Positions 63,036-64,000 of a DNA stretch of 64,000 nucleotides are shown here, in pieces. Position 1 is the stretch's first letter; each line of letters begins with the position of its first letter. Position numbers and translations under genes: made by a program. The notes under the pieces are model-generated. The model was not told the DNA's origin. It did no database searches and saw nothing but the letters and a program-made list of their open reading frames with translations. Origin of the DNA: Lingula anatina (Eukaryota > Animalia > Brachiopoda); the NCBI GenBank assembly GCA_051362555.1, contig CM120643.1, forward strand, positions 10,044,001 to 10,108,000, written 5' to 3'.

Positions 63036-64000
63036 CTAAAGAAACAATAGAACGCAGTCTCGTCGAACCACTCTAGTAGTATGCAGTCCAATGGTCACCT
63101 CTACATCACTAGGAAAGTCGCATTTCACCTGACCATATACAAACAACTGTTCAGGTCCAACTTCCAAGTTTGACTCCAATTCCCCATCATCTTTAGCAAC
63201 CTGGCTCAACTCCAACTTCAAATCATTTTCAGCACCCTGCCCACCATCTCCAAGGGAAGCAGAGACAATAGTTACATATTCGTCCACTTCTAGCTCTCTG
63301 TCAACTGGAACCAATGTATTGGCAACATCTACTGGAACTGCGGTTCCTAAAACGGGAAGGGTTCTTAACATGCCCTGCTGCAGGTGATGATCAGCACTGT
63401 CATGAAGCTCCCGGACATCAAGTCTGTCCAACTCCTTATGAATGTCTTCTTCTTTGCATTTCAATATGGGAACCACATACAGAATGGAACTGCTCAGAGA
63501 GATATCAGGTAGAAGTCTATTGATGACATCTGCTACGGTGAAGTACACGCTATCATCTGTGCTACCCCCACAGCTTTCCTGTCCCTCTCTGATATAAATT
63601 ATGGTAGATGAGGAAGTGGCTGTGTTCATTTGGGCAAAACAGCTTTGGGATTTCTGACTTCCTTCTAATTCCACTGCTTTGTATTTGAGGCATGTCTGTA
63701 TTTCATCCATTCCAATGACCTTCACCCGGTGAAGAACAATAGGAATATTGGTAATGGATTTTTCATCAGAATCCTGAGCAATATGCCCAACCATGTACCA
63801 CTGATGACGTGCTATCCTTTCAATGGCCTTTGCAAAAATTGTGGAAGAGATCCTTTGCTGTATATGCTGTGCCAGTAGCTGTTCTGAGCTGTTTTGGGTA
63901 TCGCCATTCTCCACTAAATGCTCCTCTACAACATCTGTAAGACGTTTAGGCTGCAAAGATTGGGGTAAACTATTCAGCAAATCCTCAAAATTGTGGGTCC
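63036..64000 (-). CDS. SACS: Sacsin-like protein, C-terminal part (5' truncated by the window edge)
   Basis: Frame is open to the window end. LPVLGTAVP...EYV...FVYGQV...VTIG..TTRVV...LLF resembles the sacsin segment LPxPGTPIP...GEYV...YTYAII...IDIG...KIVS..DLYKF as recalled. Stop TAG followed by TAA. Confidence 0.75.
   Translation of the reverse strand, partial: THNFEDLLNSLPQSLQPKRLTDVVEEHLVENGDTQNSSEQLLAQHIQQRISSTIFAKAIERIARHQWYMVGHIAQDSDEKSITNIPIVLHRVKVIGMDEIQTCLKYKAVELEGSQKSQSCFAQMNTATSSSTIIYIREGQESCGGSTDDSVYFTVADVINRLLPDISLSSSILYVVPILKCKEEDIHKELDRLDVRELHDSADHHLQQGMLRTLPVLGTAVPVDVANTLVPVDRELEVDEYVTIVSASLGDGGQGAENDLKLELSQVAKDDGELESNLEVGPEQLFVYGQVKCDFPSDVEVTIGLHTTRVVRRDCVLLFL

Overview
AT-rich, intron- and microsatellite-rich metazoan nuclear DNA. 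The gene and repeat content suggests a marine invertebrate, probably a lophotrochozoan or mollusc (inference). Five protein-coding loci are supported: (1) a two-exon F-box/LRR gene (LRRC29/FBXL9-like, minus, 9962-12319); (2) a ten-exon CAP/CRISP gene missed by the ORF track, encoding signal peptide, CAP, EGF-like, ShKT-like and hydrophobic tail (plus, 16148-23982, 360 aa); (3,4) two intronless, paralogous, atypical class A GPCRs (minus, 34921-36060 and 48244-49332); (5) the 3' end of a sacsin-like gene that stops before the usual DnaJ/HEPN domains (minus, 63036 to window end). The most unusual structure is a tRNA cluster at about 20-29 kb that starts inside the CAP introns and continues past its 3' end. 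It holds four identical tRNA-Gly(TCC) genes with a fixed U4.U69 acceptor mismatch, three tRNA-Lys(TTT) genes each with a 14-nt canonical intron, one anticodon-less Gly copy and several relics. The rest is non-coding DNA with several MITE families (some nested or head-to-head), tandem duplications, microsatellites and a 150-bp palindrome with type I hammerhead-ribozyme topology. All assignments come from reading the sequence; no searches were run.
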